This document shows, in pieces, positions 47,816 to 56,275 of a DNA stretch of 64,000 nt. The position numbers were made by a program, and so were the translations under genes. The DNA is from Rhodocyclales bacterium (GTDB lineage: Bacteria; Pseudomonadota; Gammaproteobacteria; Burkholderiales; Rhodocyclaceae), in NCBI GenBank assembly GCA_016183655.1, contig JACPEH010000001.1, positions 280-64,279 of the forward strand, in the 5' to 3' direction. Within the stretch, counting starts at the first letter, position 1, and each line of letters opens with the position of its first letter. The notes beneath the pieces were generated by a model. That model was not told the DNA's origin and made no database searches. It saw only the letters and a program-made list of their open reading frames with translations.

Positions 47816-48938
47816 CGTCCCCGTCGCCGTATTCGTAGATGATCTCGACCTCGTGGTCGTCGTCGAAATCCTCGTCGTCCACCGCCGCCTCGGCTTCGAG
47901 GTAGGCATCGAGACGCAGCTTCTCCAGCAGCTCCTCCATGTCCTCCGGCAGCGGCGATTTCCAGACCATGTGCTTGCCGCTGACCGGGTGCACCAGGCCA
48001 AGCTTCCTGGCATGCAGGAACTGGCGGTCGAAGGCCGGGCCGCGCGGCACGCGGTTCAGGCGGCGGCCGTAGACCGGATCGCCGACCAGCGGATGGCCGA
48101 TGTGTTCGAGATGGACGCGGATCTGGTGGGTGCGCCCGGTCTCCAGCGAGCATTCGATCAGCGTGCAGTTGGCGAAGGCCTCGACGATCCGGTAATGCGT
48201 GCGCGCCGGCTTGCCGCCCAAGACCACCGCCATCTTCGTGCGCTGCGTCGGATGCCTGCCGATCGCCGCATCGACGGTGCCGCTGCGCTCGACGACGCCG
48301 CGCGCCAGCGCCTGGTAGTCGCGCTTCACGGTGCGCGCCTGCAGCTGGCGCACGAGGTCGGTCTGCGCGGCGAGCGTCTTGGCGACGACGAGCAGACCCG
48401 AGGTGTCCTTGTCCAGCCGGTGCACGATGCCGGCGCGCGGCACGCCGGAGAGCTGCGGCGCGTGGTGCAGCAGTGCGTTGAGCAGCGTGCCGCTCCAGTT
48501 GCCGGCGGCGGGATGGACAACCAGGCCGGCCGGCTTGTCGATGACGATCAGCGCCTCGTCCTCGTAGACGATGGCGAGCGGGATATCCTCGGCCATCGCC
48601 GCCGCAGCCAGCGGGTCGACCGCCTCCTCGACACGGATCGCTTCGCCGCCGCGCAGCTTGTGCTTCGGTTCGCTCACCGGCTTGCCGTCAACCTGCACGC
48701 GCCCGTCGCGAATCCAGCCCTGCAGGCGGTTGCGCGAATGCTGCGGCAATAATCCGGAGAGCACGTGGTCGAGCCGCGCGCCGCCGCAGTCGGCGGGTGC
48801 GGTCAGGGCAAGTGCCGTGCTATCATCGGCGCGCCCGGAAATACCGGGCATGGCGTCAGGGGTCTGACGGGACGCCGGGCCGGCGACACGGCCGTCGCCC
48901 GGGGCTTCTTTTTTGGAATCATTCTGCGGAATCTTCAT
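47808..48938 (-). CDS. rluD: 23S rRNA pseudouridine synthase D
   Basis: S4 domain, GIVHRLDKDTSG, ETGRTHQIRVH; start uncertain (48938 or 48851). Confidence 0.95.
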   Translation of the reverse strand: MKIPQNDSKKEAPGDGRVAGPASRQTPDAMPGISGRADDSTALALTAPADCGGARLDHVLSGLLPQHSRNRLQGWIRDGRVQVDGKPVSEPKHKLRGGEAIRVEEAVDPLAAAAMAEDIPLAIVYEDEALIVIDKPAGLVVHPAAGNWSGTLLNALLHHAPQLSGVPRAGIVHRLDKDTSGLLVVAKTLAAQTDLVRQLQARTVKRDYQALARGVVERSGTVDAAIGRHPTQRTKMAVVLGGKPARTHYRIVEAFANCTLIECSLETGRTHQIRVHLEHIGHPLVGDPVYGRRLNRVPRGPAFDRQFLHARKLGLVHPVSGKHMVWKSPLPEDMEELLEKLRLDAYLEAEAAVDDEDFDDDHEVEIIYEYGDGDDD

Positions 48939-48939
48939 C

Positions 48940-49734
48940 ATGCGTAGTTTAGCGGTTATCGCGGCGTTCCTCACCGCCACCCTGCTCGGCGGCTGCGGTA
49001 TTTTCGGCGAGCCGAAGGACGAGACGGTCGGCTGGTCGCCGAACAAGCTGTACACCACCGCCAAGGACGCGCTGAACGACGGCCAGTACGACAACGCGGT
49101 GAAATACTTCGAAAAGCTCGAAGCCCGCTATCCGTACGGCCGCTACGCGCAGCAGGCGCAGGTCGAGATCGCCTATGCCTACTGGAAGTCCGGCGAACCC
49201 GGCTCCGCACTGGCCGCCTGCGACCGCTTCATCAAGCTGCACCCGAACCACCCCAACGTCGATTACGTCTATTACCTGAAGGGCCTGATCGGCTTCAACG
49301 AGGATCTCGGCATCCTCGGCCATGTCTCGGCGCAGGACCCGACCGAGCGCGACCCGAAGTCGGCGAAGGAGTCGTTCGACGCCTTCAAGGAACTGGCGAC
49401 GCGCTTCCCGGAGAGCAAATACACGCCGGACGCGGTGCTGCGCATGAAATACCTGGTCAACGCGCTGGCCTCGCACGAGGTGCATGTCGCCCGCTACTAC
49501 ATGAAGCGCGGCGCCCATCTGGCGGCGGTCAACCGCGCGCAGTACGCGGTCAAGACCTACCTCGACGCACCGGCAATCGAGGAAGCGCTGTTCATCATGG
49601 TCAAGGGCTACGATTTGCTCGGCATGCCAGACCTGCGCGACGACTCGGAGCGCGTGATGCGCAAGAACTTCCCGAAGAGCGAATACTACGCGCGCGGCCT
49701 GAACCGGACCGAGCCGTGGTGGAAGCTGTGGTAA
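48940..49734 (+). CDS. bamD: Outer membrane assembly lipoprotein BamD
   Basis: Lipobox LGGC, RYPYGRYAQQAQ, TPRs; divergent from rluD. Confidence 0.95.
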   Translation: MRSLAVIAAFLTATLLGGCGIFGEPKDETVGWSPNKLYTTAKDALNDGQYDNAVKYFEKLEARYPYGRYAQQAQVEIAYAYWKSGEPGSALAACDRFIKLHPNHPNVDYVYYLKGLIGFNEDLGILGHVSAQDPTERDPKSAKESFDAFKELATRFPESKYTPDAVLRMKYLVNALASHEVHVARYYMKRGAHLAAVNRAQYAVKTYLDAPAIEEALFIMVKGYDLLGMPDLRDDSERVMRKNFPKSEYYARGLNRTEPWWKLW

Positions 49735-49758
49735 GCGGGGCCTGAGCGCACAAAGAAC

Positions 49759-49790
49759 AAAGGCCGGCAGCACGCCGGCCTTTTCTTTTT
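49759..49790. terminator. Intrinsic terminator
   Basis: AAAGGCCGGC-AGCAC-GCCGGCCTTTTCTTTT. Confidence 0.8.
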
Positions 49791-49802
49791 CCGGCAGCGC
49801 CC

Positions 49803-52196
49803 CTACATCGCCTGCTTGATCGCCAGCAACGCCTGGTTGCGCAGCGTACGGAACAGCGACAACTCCTTCTCCGGAATGACGATGCTGCCCGGTTGCTCCA
49901 TGTCGGCGTAGATCATCGCCACCGGGTTGTTCTTGATCGTCAGCGGGAACAGCACGAAGGTGCCGGCACCGACGTTCCTCCGGTACCAGTCCGGTACGCG
50001 GCCGGCGATCTTCGGGTCGTCGATGTCGGTGATCAGGATATCGACGCCCTTCGACATCGCGGCGTGGAAGATGTCCGGCGTGAAGGATAGCGGGAACTTG
50101 AATTTCCTGGCGATCTCGGCCGCCTCCGGCCCGAAGCCGAAGCGCCCCTGCATGGTGTTGGCGCGCGCGTCCTTGATGCACAGGATGACGCGGCGGAAAC
50201 CCTTGGCGCGGAACATCGTTTCCAGAATGATGCGCAGCACGTCGTTGAGCGAGAAGTCCTCGACCAGCGAATTGCTGATGTCCTGGATGCCGGCGGTAAG
50301 GATCGCTTCGACGTTGTCCGGCTCGCCCGGAACGCCGTCCGTCTCCGCAAAGGCCGGCGTTTCCACGAGGGCGGTGCCGCTCAGTGTATCGACGGCGACA
50401 TCCGCCGCGCCCGCGGCCGCCTCGGTGCCGGCCAACGTTTCCACCTTCTTGCCGCCCCAAGCGCGGATCTGGCGGCCGAAAGCCGTCTGTTGCAGGTTGA
50501 GGTGGATGACGCTGGCGAACTGGGCGACTTCCGCGAAGGATTTTTCCAGCGTCTTCTGCATCTCCTCGCTGCTCATCGGCACGCTCTCGCCGAAGCGCGC
50601 CGTCACCTTGCGCAGCTCCTTCTGGCGCTGCTCCGGCGAGGCGCTGGCGATCACCGTGCACAGTTCGTTGGAGAAGGCGGCGAGGACGCGCAGCTTCTCC
50701 TCCGGCAGCGTCGGTTTGCGCACCGCACCGGGCGGCAGGCGCCGCATGGTATTCACGATCAGCGGCGGGAAGCCCCAGTGCTGCGCGATGCCGACGCCCA
50801 TGTCCTCGAACGAGATGCCGAGCACCGCGTGCGACGCCTGCTCCTCGCTGCTGCCTTTCTGCTCCATCTCGCGGCGGATGTCCTCGCCTTCCTCGGGGAA
50901 ATAGTACTGCGTCAGCATCCGCCCGAGGTTGTGGAACATCGAGCAGATGAAGGCCTGCTCGACGTCGCCCTTGCTGGTGCGGCCGCCGATGTCCTTGGCC
51001 AGGATGCCGGCCAGGTTGGCGCGCAGGAACTCGTCCTTGAGCTGGTTGGCATTACCCTTGTTCTGCAGGTGCTCGAAGAGCAGCACGGTGATCGCGATGT
51101 TGCGCACCGCATCGAAGCCCAGCACCATCACCGCGCGCGACACGGTGCTGATGTTGCCGCCGCCGGCCTGCCGGTAGAACGCCGAGTTCACCAGCTTGAG
51201 GATCTTGTTGGTCAGCGCGAAGTCCTTGAGGATCGACGAGGAGAGCTTGGAGACGCTGTCGCGGTCGGAGGCGGTGATCTTGTTGATCGCGCTGACCGAC
51301 TCGGAGAGCGCCGGGAAGTCGCTCTTGTGGCGCATCCGGCGCAGCAGGAACTCGATCGTTCCCTGGGCGCCGCCGCTGCCGGTCTGCGTCTCCTCGGGAT
51401 CGAGGTAGTCCTCCATCGCATCGCACATCTGCGTCACCGTCTCGTAGCGCTGCTCCGGGTCGCGCGCCAGCGCCCGGTAGAGGATCGCGGTCACCCGATC
51501 GTCGAGCGAGACGTCCGCCGGCAGGCGGATGTCGGTGTTGGTGATCTGGTGCATGATGCGGAAGAAATCGTTGCCCTGCACCGCGCGCCGCCCGGTGAGC
51601 AGCTCGTAGAAGACCAGGCCGGCGGCGAAGATGTCGGTGCGCGGATCGATGCGGTGGTGCTCGATGTACTCCGGCGCCATGTAGGCCGGGGTGCCGGTGA
51701 AATCCTCGCTGCCGCCCTTCTGTTCGGCCTGCACGTGCGCAGCGATGCCGAAGTCCATCACCCGCGGGAAGCCTTCCTCGTTGATCAGGATGTTGGTCGG
51801 CTTCAGGTCGCGGTGGATCACCCCCATCGCATGCGCATGCGCGATCGCCTCCAGCACCGGCTTCATCACCGAGATCGCCCGCACCGGCGACAGCGCACCG
51901 GCCTCGCGCAGGTATTCGCCGAGGTTCTTGCCGGGCACGTACTCGAAGACGAGGTAGAGGTCGCCCGCCTCCTCGCCGGCCTCGAAGATTGGCACGATGT
52001 TCGGATGGCGCATCTGGCTGACCGTGCGCGCCTCTTCCAGCAGGCGCTGGTTCTGCGCCGGGTCGGGGCGGGAAAAATGCAGCGTCTTGATCGCCACTTC
52101 CCGCTGCAGGTGCGGGTCGCGGGCGAGATAGACCACGCTCTGGGCCCCCCTGCCCAGTTCGCGCATGATCTCGAAGCGGCCGATTCTCTTGCTCAT
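49803..52196 (-). CDS. Hanks-type Ser/Thr kinase with HDOD and GAF-like domains
   Basis: LGRGAQ, VAIK, HRDLKP, DFG, GTPAYMAPE; DFALTNKILKLVNSAFY. Confidence 0.92.
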   Translation of the reverse strand: MSKRIGRFEIMRELGRGAQSVVYLARDPHLQREVAIKTLHFSRPDPAQNQRLLEEARTVSQMRHPNIVPIFEAGEEAGDLYLVFEYVPGKNLGEYLREAGALSPVRAISVMKPVLEAIAHAHAMGVIHRDLKPTNILINEEGFPRVMDFGIAAHVQAEQKGGSEDFTGTPAYMAPEYIEHHRIDPRTDIFAAGLVFYELLTGRRAVQGNDFFRIMHQITNTDIRLPADVSLDDRVTAILYRALARDPEQRYETVTQMCDAMEDYLDPEETQTGSGGAQGTIEFLLRRMRHKSDFPALSESVSAINKITASDRDSVSKLSSSILKDFALTNKILKLVNSAFYRQAGGGNISTVSRAVMVLGFDAVRNIAITVLLFEHLQNKGNANQLKDEFLRANLAGILAKDIGGRTSKGDVEQAFICSMFHNLGRMLTQYYFPEEGEDIRREMEQKGSSEEQASHAVLGISFEDMGVGIAQHWGFPPLIVNTMRRLPPGAVRKPTLPEEKLRVLAAFSNELCTVIASASPEQRQKELRKVTARFGESVPMSSEEMQKTLEKSFAEVAQFASVIHLNLQQTAFGRQIRAWGGKKVETLAGTEAAAGAADVAVDTLSGTALVETPAFAETDGVPGEPDNVEAILTAGIQDISNSLVEDFSLNDVLRIILETMFRAKGFRRVILCIKDARANTMQGRFGFGPEAAEIARKFKFPLSFTPDIFHAAMSKGVDILITDIDDPKIAGRVPDWYRRNVGAGTFVLFPLTIKNNPVAMIYADMEQPGSIVIPEKELSLFRTLRNQALLAIKQAM

Positions 52197-52312
52197 TGTG
52201 CTTGTCGCTTGGTGATTTCTCTCGCCAATTCTACCTGCGTGGCAGCGCCGCCATCGCGCAGTTTTTCACGGCCGGGTGGCAGAATGCCGGTTTTTCCCGA
52301 CCGGACTCCGCC

Positions 52313-53545
52313 ATGACCGAAACCACCGCCCCGCTTGCCGGCATCCGCGTCCTCGACCTCTCCCGCGTCCTCGCCGGCCCGTGGTGCAGCCAGCTGCTGG
52401 CCGACCTCGGCGCCGAGGTGGTCAAGGTCGAGCGCCCCGGCGCCGGCGACGAGACCCGCGCCTGGGGCCCGCCCTACCTGAAGGACCGCGCCGGCAACGA
52501 CACCTCGGAAGCGGCCTACTACTGCGCGGTGAACCGCAACAAGAAGTCGCTGACGCTGGATCTGGCGAGCGCAGACGGGCAGCGCATCGTACGCGAGCTG
52601 GCGGTGAAGTCGGACGTGCTGCTGGAGAACTACAAGGTCGGCGGCCTCGACAAGTACGGCCTCGACTACGCCGCGCTGGCACAGCTCAACCCGCGCCTCG
52701 TCTATTGCTCGATCACCGGCTTCGGCCAGAACGGCCCGTGGGCCGACCGCCCCGGCTACGACTTCATCATCCAGGGCATCGGCGGCCTGATGAGCGTCAC
52801 CGGCGAAGCCGACGGCCGCCCCGGCGGCGGCCCGCAGAAGGTCGGCGTCGCGCTGGTCGACATCCTCACCGGCCTCTACGCTGCCAACGCCGTGCAGGCG
52901 GCGCTGCTCGAACGCGAGCACAGCGGCCTCGGCCAGCACATCGACCTGGCGCTGCTCGACACCGAGGTCGCCAGCCTCGCCAACCTGGCGCTGAACTACC
53001 TGTGCGCCGGCAAGAGCCCGCAGCGCATGGGCAACGCCCACCCCAACATCGCCCCCTACCAGGTGCTGCCGGCAGCCGACGGTCACTTCATCGTCGCCGT
53101 CGGCAACGACGGCCAGTTCCGCCGGCTGTGCGAAGTCATGGCGCTCGACGCGCTGGCCGGCGACCCGCGTTTCCTGACCAACGCCGACCGCGTACGCAAT
53201 CGCGCCGCGCTCGACGCGCTGCTGGAGGCGCGTTCGGCGCAACGCGGCAAACTCGAATGGCTGGCCGGGCTGGAAGAGGCCGGCGTTCCCTGCGGGCCGA
53301 TCAACAGCATCGGCGAAGTCTTCGCGGAACCGCAGCTCGCCGCCCGCGAGATGGTCGTCGACCTGCCGCACCCGAGCGCCGGCACGGCGAAGCTGGTCGG
53401 CAACCCGATCAAGCTGTCGCGGACGCCGGTCGCCTACCGCAACGCCCCGCCGCTGCTCGGCGAGCACAGCGACGAGGTGCTGCGCGAACTGCTCGGCTAC
53501 GGCAGCGAGGAAATCGAACGCCTGCGCGCGGCGGGCGTCGTCTAG
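52313..53545 (+). CDS. CaiB/BaiF family III CoA-transferase
   Basis: DLSRVLAGP, NRNKKS, SITGFG, PPLLGEH. Confidence 0.95.
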   Translation: MTETTAPLAGIRVLDLSRVLAGPWCSQLLADLGAEVVKVERPGAGDETRAWGPPYLKDRAGNDTSEAAYYCAVNRNKKSLTLDLASADGQRIVRELAVKSDVLLENYKVGGLDKYGLDYAALAQLNPRLVYCSITGFGQNGPWADRPGYDFIIQGIGGLMSVTGEADGRPGGGPQKVGVALVDILTGLYAANAVQAALLEREHSGLGQHIDLALLDTEVASLANLALNYLCAGKSPQRMGNAHPNIAPYQVLPAADGHFIVAVGNDGQFRRLCEVMALDALAGDPRFLTNADRVRNRAALDALLEARSAQRGKLEWLAGLEEAGVPCGPINSIGEVFAEPQLAAREMVVDLPHPSAGTAKLVGNPIKLSRTPVAYRNAPPLLGEHSDEVLRELLGYGSEEIERLRAAGVV

Positions 53546-53646
53546 GGCCTGTTCTCCGGCGCCGCGATGAACTCGCCGAAAGCCAACCTGTCTAGAACCT
53601 GCACAGGGAGCTTTGTCGGCAGGGGGCTTTGCGTCGAGGAAGAATC

Positions 53647-54429
53647 ATGGCTTCGTATTGCGACGTAACATTCAACCGCGCACGGCTGAAAGACGAAATC
53701 CGCTCAACCTATACCCGCGTTGCCGAGCAGCCGGATGGCGATTTCCATTTCCACCGCGGCCCCGATTTCGCAGCATCCATCCTCGGGTACGACCGTTCGG
53801 AACTGGCGCAACTGCCCGAGTTCGTCACCGGACCGTTCGCCGGGGTCGGCAACCCGCTCCGGATTCAGGAGCTGCCGGGCGGCGCAACGGTGATCGACCT
53901 CGGCTCGGGTGCCGGCATGGACTGCCTGCTGGCCGGCCGTCGCGTCGGCGCCGGCGGGCAGGTGATCGGATTCGACATGACCGACGCGATGCTCGCCAAG
54001 GCACGATCCGGCGCTGAAGCGCTCGGCATGCCGCACGTGCGCTTCGAGAAGGCCGACATCGCGGAACTGCCGATCGAGGATGGCTCGGTCGATGTCGCGA
54101 TCTCGAACGGCGTCATCAACCTGAGCCCGGATAAACCGCGCGTCTTTACCGAACTCCACCGCGTGCTTCGCGGCGGCGGCCGGGTTCAGTTTGCCGATAT
54201 CGTCATCGAGGCCGAGCTGTCGGCGGACGCGCGCAACGATATCGATCTTTGGGTTGGCTGAATCGCGGGTGCTCTGCAGTCTGCAGGCTATCTCGCCGCA
54301 CTTTCCGAAGCCGGTTTCGAACACATCGACGTGGTCGAGTTTTTCGACTGCTTCGCGGGGACGAGCAAAGAGAAGGTCGCACGCAAATACGGCGTTCACG
54401 GCGCCAATTTTATCGCCTACAAGGCGTGA
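53647..54429 (+). CDS. ArsM-like SAM methyltransferase, probable selenoprotein (in-frame TGA 54259-54261)
   Basis: GVGNP, DLGSGAGMD, ISNGVINLSPDK, LWVG*IAGAL; frame stays open 55 more codons to TGA at 54429. Confidence 0.85.
54262..54296 (+). promoter_or_regulatory. Putative bacterial SECIS element
   Basis: CTGCA-GTC-TGCAG hairpin 12 nt after UGA, with extendable lower stem; similar to E. coli fdhF apical loop. Confidence 0.75.
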
Positions 54430-54505
54430 TCAGCTGCCGGGGAAAGGACATTCCCCCGGCAATGCGCCGCCGGACCCCGCTACTTGCCGGAGGCAGCGAC
54501 CGACG

Positions 54506-54922
54506 TCAGTCGGCCCAGACCAGTTCCGGCACGCCGCGCGCATCGCCGGCGACGATCGCGTTCTGCCCGAAGCGCAAGGCAAGTTTCAATGCTTCACCGC
54601 GCGGCAACCCCGGCACGCAGACGCTGGCCTCGGGCGGCCAGTCGCCGCCGTCGGCCAGGTTGACGCCGAGCCAGCATTCGTAGCCGGCGTCGGCGAGGAG
54701 ATCGTAGAGCTGGCTGAAGCGCTGAGCGTTGTCGGCTGCGGAGCGTTGTTCCGAACCAGGATTGGCGGCGCAGAGGATCGCCCACTCGCCAGCCTTGTGC
54801 GCGGCCAGCGCGACGACCAGCCGCGGCGAGGCTTCGCCGAGGCGCAGGCTGACGCCGCCGCTGGGCAGGTCGACGCAGTAGGCGGTGGCACGGTAGGCCG
54901 CCTCCAGTTCGGGGGTTCTCAC
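54506..54922 (-). CDS. DUF3293 family protein
   Basis: LEAAYRATAY, ANPGS, FGQNAIV; GTGA overlap with rmuC stop. Confidence 0.8.
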   Translation of the reverse strand: MRTPELEAAYRATAYCVDLPSGGVSLRLGEASPRLVVALAAHKAGEWAILCAANPGSEQRSAADNAQRFSQLYDLLADAGYECWLGVNLADGGDWPPEASVCVPGLPRGEALKLALRFGQNAIVAGDARGVPELVWAD

Positions 54923-56271
54923 GCGTCCTCGTCCGTCTCGGCGACGGGCTCGTCGTCGGCGCCGAGCAGCGCCGCCGCCTCGACCGCCGGCAGCGCCTCG
55001 ACCGCCTTCAGTTTCTTCGTCACCGCACGCGTGCGGACCTCGGCCTTGTCGATCGAGTTGCTCGCTTCCTGCAGCTTCTTCTTCGTGTGCGACAGCGCCT
55101 CGCCGAACTTGCCGAACTCGCTCTTGACCGCGCCGAGCACGGCCCACACCTCGCTCGATCGCTGCTCGATGGCCAGCGTGCGGAAGCCCATCTGCAGGCT
55201 GTTGAGCATCGCCGCCAGCGTCGTCGGGCCGGCGATCGAGACCCGGTACTCGCGCTGCAGCGTCTCGGCCAGCCCGGGGCGGCGCAGCGCCTCGGCGTAG
55301 AGCCCCTCGATCGGCAGATAGAGGATGGCGAAGTCGGTGGTATGCGGCGGCTCGATGTACTTCTCGCGGATCGTCTTCGCCTCGTTCTTCAGCCGCGTCT
55401 CCAGTGCCCGTGCGGCGACTTCGACGGCGGCCGGGTCGGCGCGCTCCTGCGCCTCCAGCAGCTTCTGGTAGTCCTCGATCGGGAATTTGGCGTCGATCGG
55501 CAACCACACCGGCTCGCCGTCCTCCTTGCCCGGCAGGCGGATGGCGAACTCGACGCGGTCGTTGCTGCGCGGCCGCGTCGCCACGTTCTCGGCGTACTGC
55601 TCGGCGGTCAGCACCTGTTCGAGCAGCGCCGCCAGCTGCACCTCGCCCCAGGTGCCGCGCGTCTTGACGTTGGAGAGCACCTTCTTCAGGTCGCCGACGC
55701 CGGCGGCCAGCGTCTGCATCTCGCCGAGGCCGCGATGCACCTGCTCCAGCCGGTCGGAGACGAGCTTGAAGGATTCGCCGAGGCGCTGTTCCAGCGTCGC
55801 GTGCAGCTTCTCGTCGACGGTCTTGCGCATTTCTTCGAGCTTCGCCGCGTTGTCGCCCTGGATCGCCGCCAGCCGTGTTTCCACCGTCTGCCGCAACTGT
55901 TCGACGCGGGCGTCGAAGCTCTGCGTCAGCCGCGCCAGATGCTGGCCGAAGGCCTCGAACTGCTGCCCCTGCAGCGTGCCGAGCTGTCCCACCTGGCCGG
56001 TCAGCAGCTGGCCGAGGCGGTCGAGCGAGGCTGCCTGCTCGGCACGGTCGCCGCGTGCCGTCTCGGCGGCGTCGGCGCGCAGCCGCGACAGCTCCTCGCG
56101 CAGCTCGCGCGTCTGCCGTTCGAGAACGGCTTCGACCGCCCGGAAGCGGGCATCGAGCAAGGCATCGAGCGCCTCGCCGCTGGCGCCGCGACTGCGGGCG
56201 AGCGCCATCAATTGCAAGACGGCGACGACGGCAAGGCCGCCTGCCAGCAGGTAGGAAATCAGTTCGTTCAT
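54919..56271 (-). CDS. rmuC: DNA recombination protein RmuC
   Basis: NVKTRGTWGE, PIDAKFP, YLPIEGLY, GPTTL. Confidence 0.95.
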   Translation of the reverse strand: MNELISYLLAGGLAVVAVLQLMALARSRGASGEALDALLDARFRAVEAVLERQTRELREELSRLRADAAETARGDRAEQAASLDRLGQLLTGQVGQLGTLQGQQFEAFGQHLARLTQSFDARVEQLRQTVETRLAAIQGDNAAKLEEMRKTVDEKLHATLEQRLGESFKLVSDRLEQVHRGLGEMQTLAAGVGDLKKVLSNVKTRGTWGEVQLAALLEQVLTAEQYAENVATRPRSNDRVEFAIRLPGKEDGEPVWLPIDAKFPIEDYQKLLEAQERADPAAVEVAARALETRLKNEAKTIREKYIEPPHTTDFAILYLPIEGLYAEALRRPGLAETLQREYRVSIAGPTTLAAMLNSLQMGFRTLAIEQRSSEVWAVLGAVKSEFGKFGEALSHTKKKLQEASNSIDKAEVRTRAVTKKLKAVEALPAVEAAALLGADDEPVAETDEDA

Positions 56272-56275
56272 TGCG

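Noticed and set aside
53629-54261. Truncated methyltransferase pseudogene
   Set aside because: UGA at a catalytic Cys position followed by a SECIS-like hairpin fits selenocysteine better.
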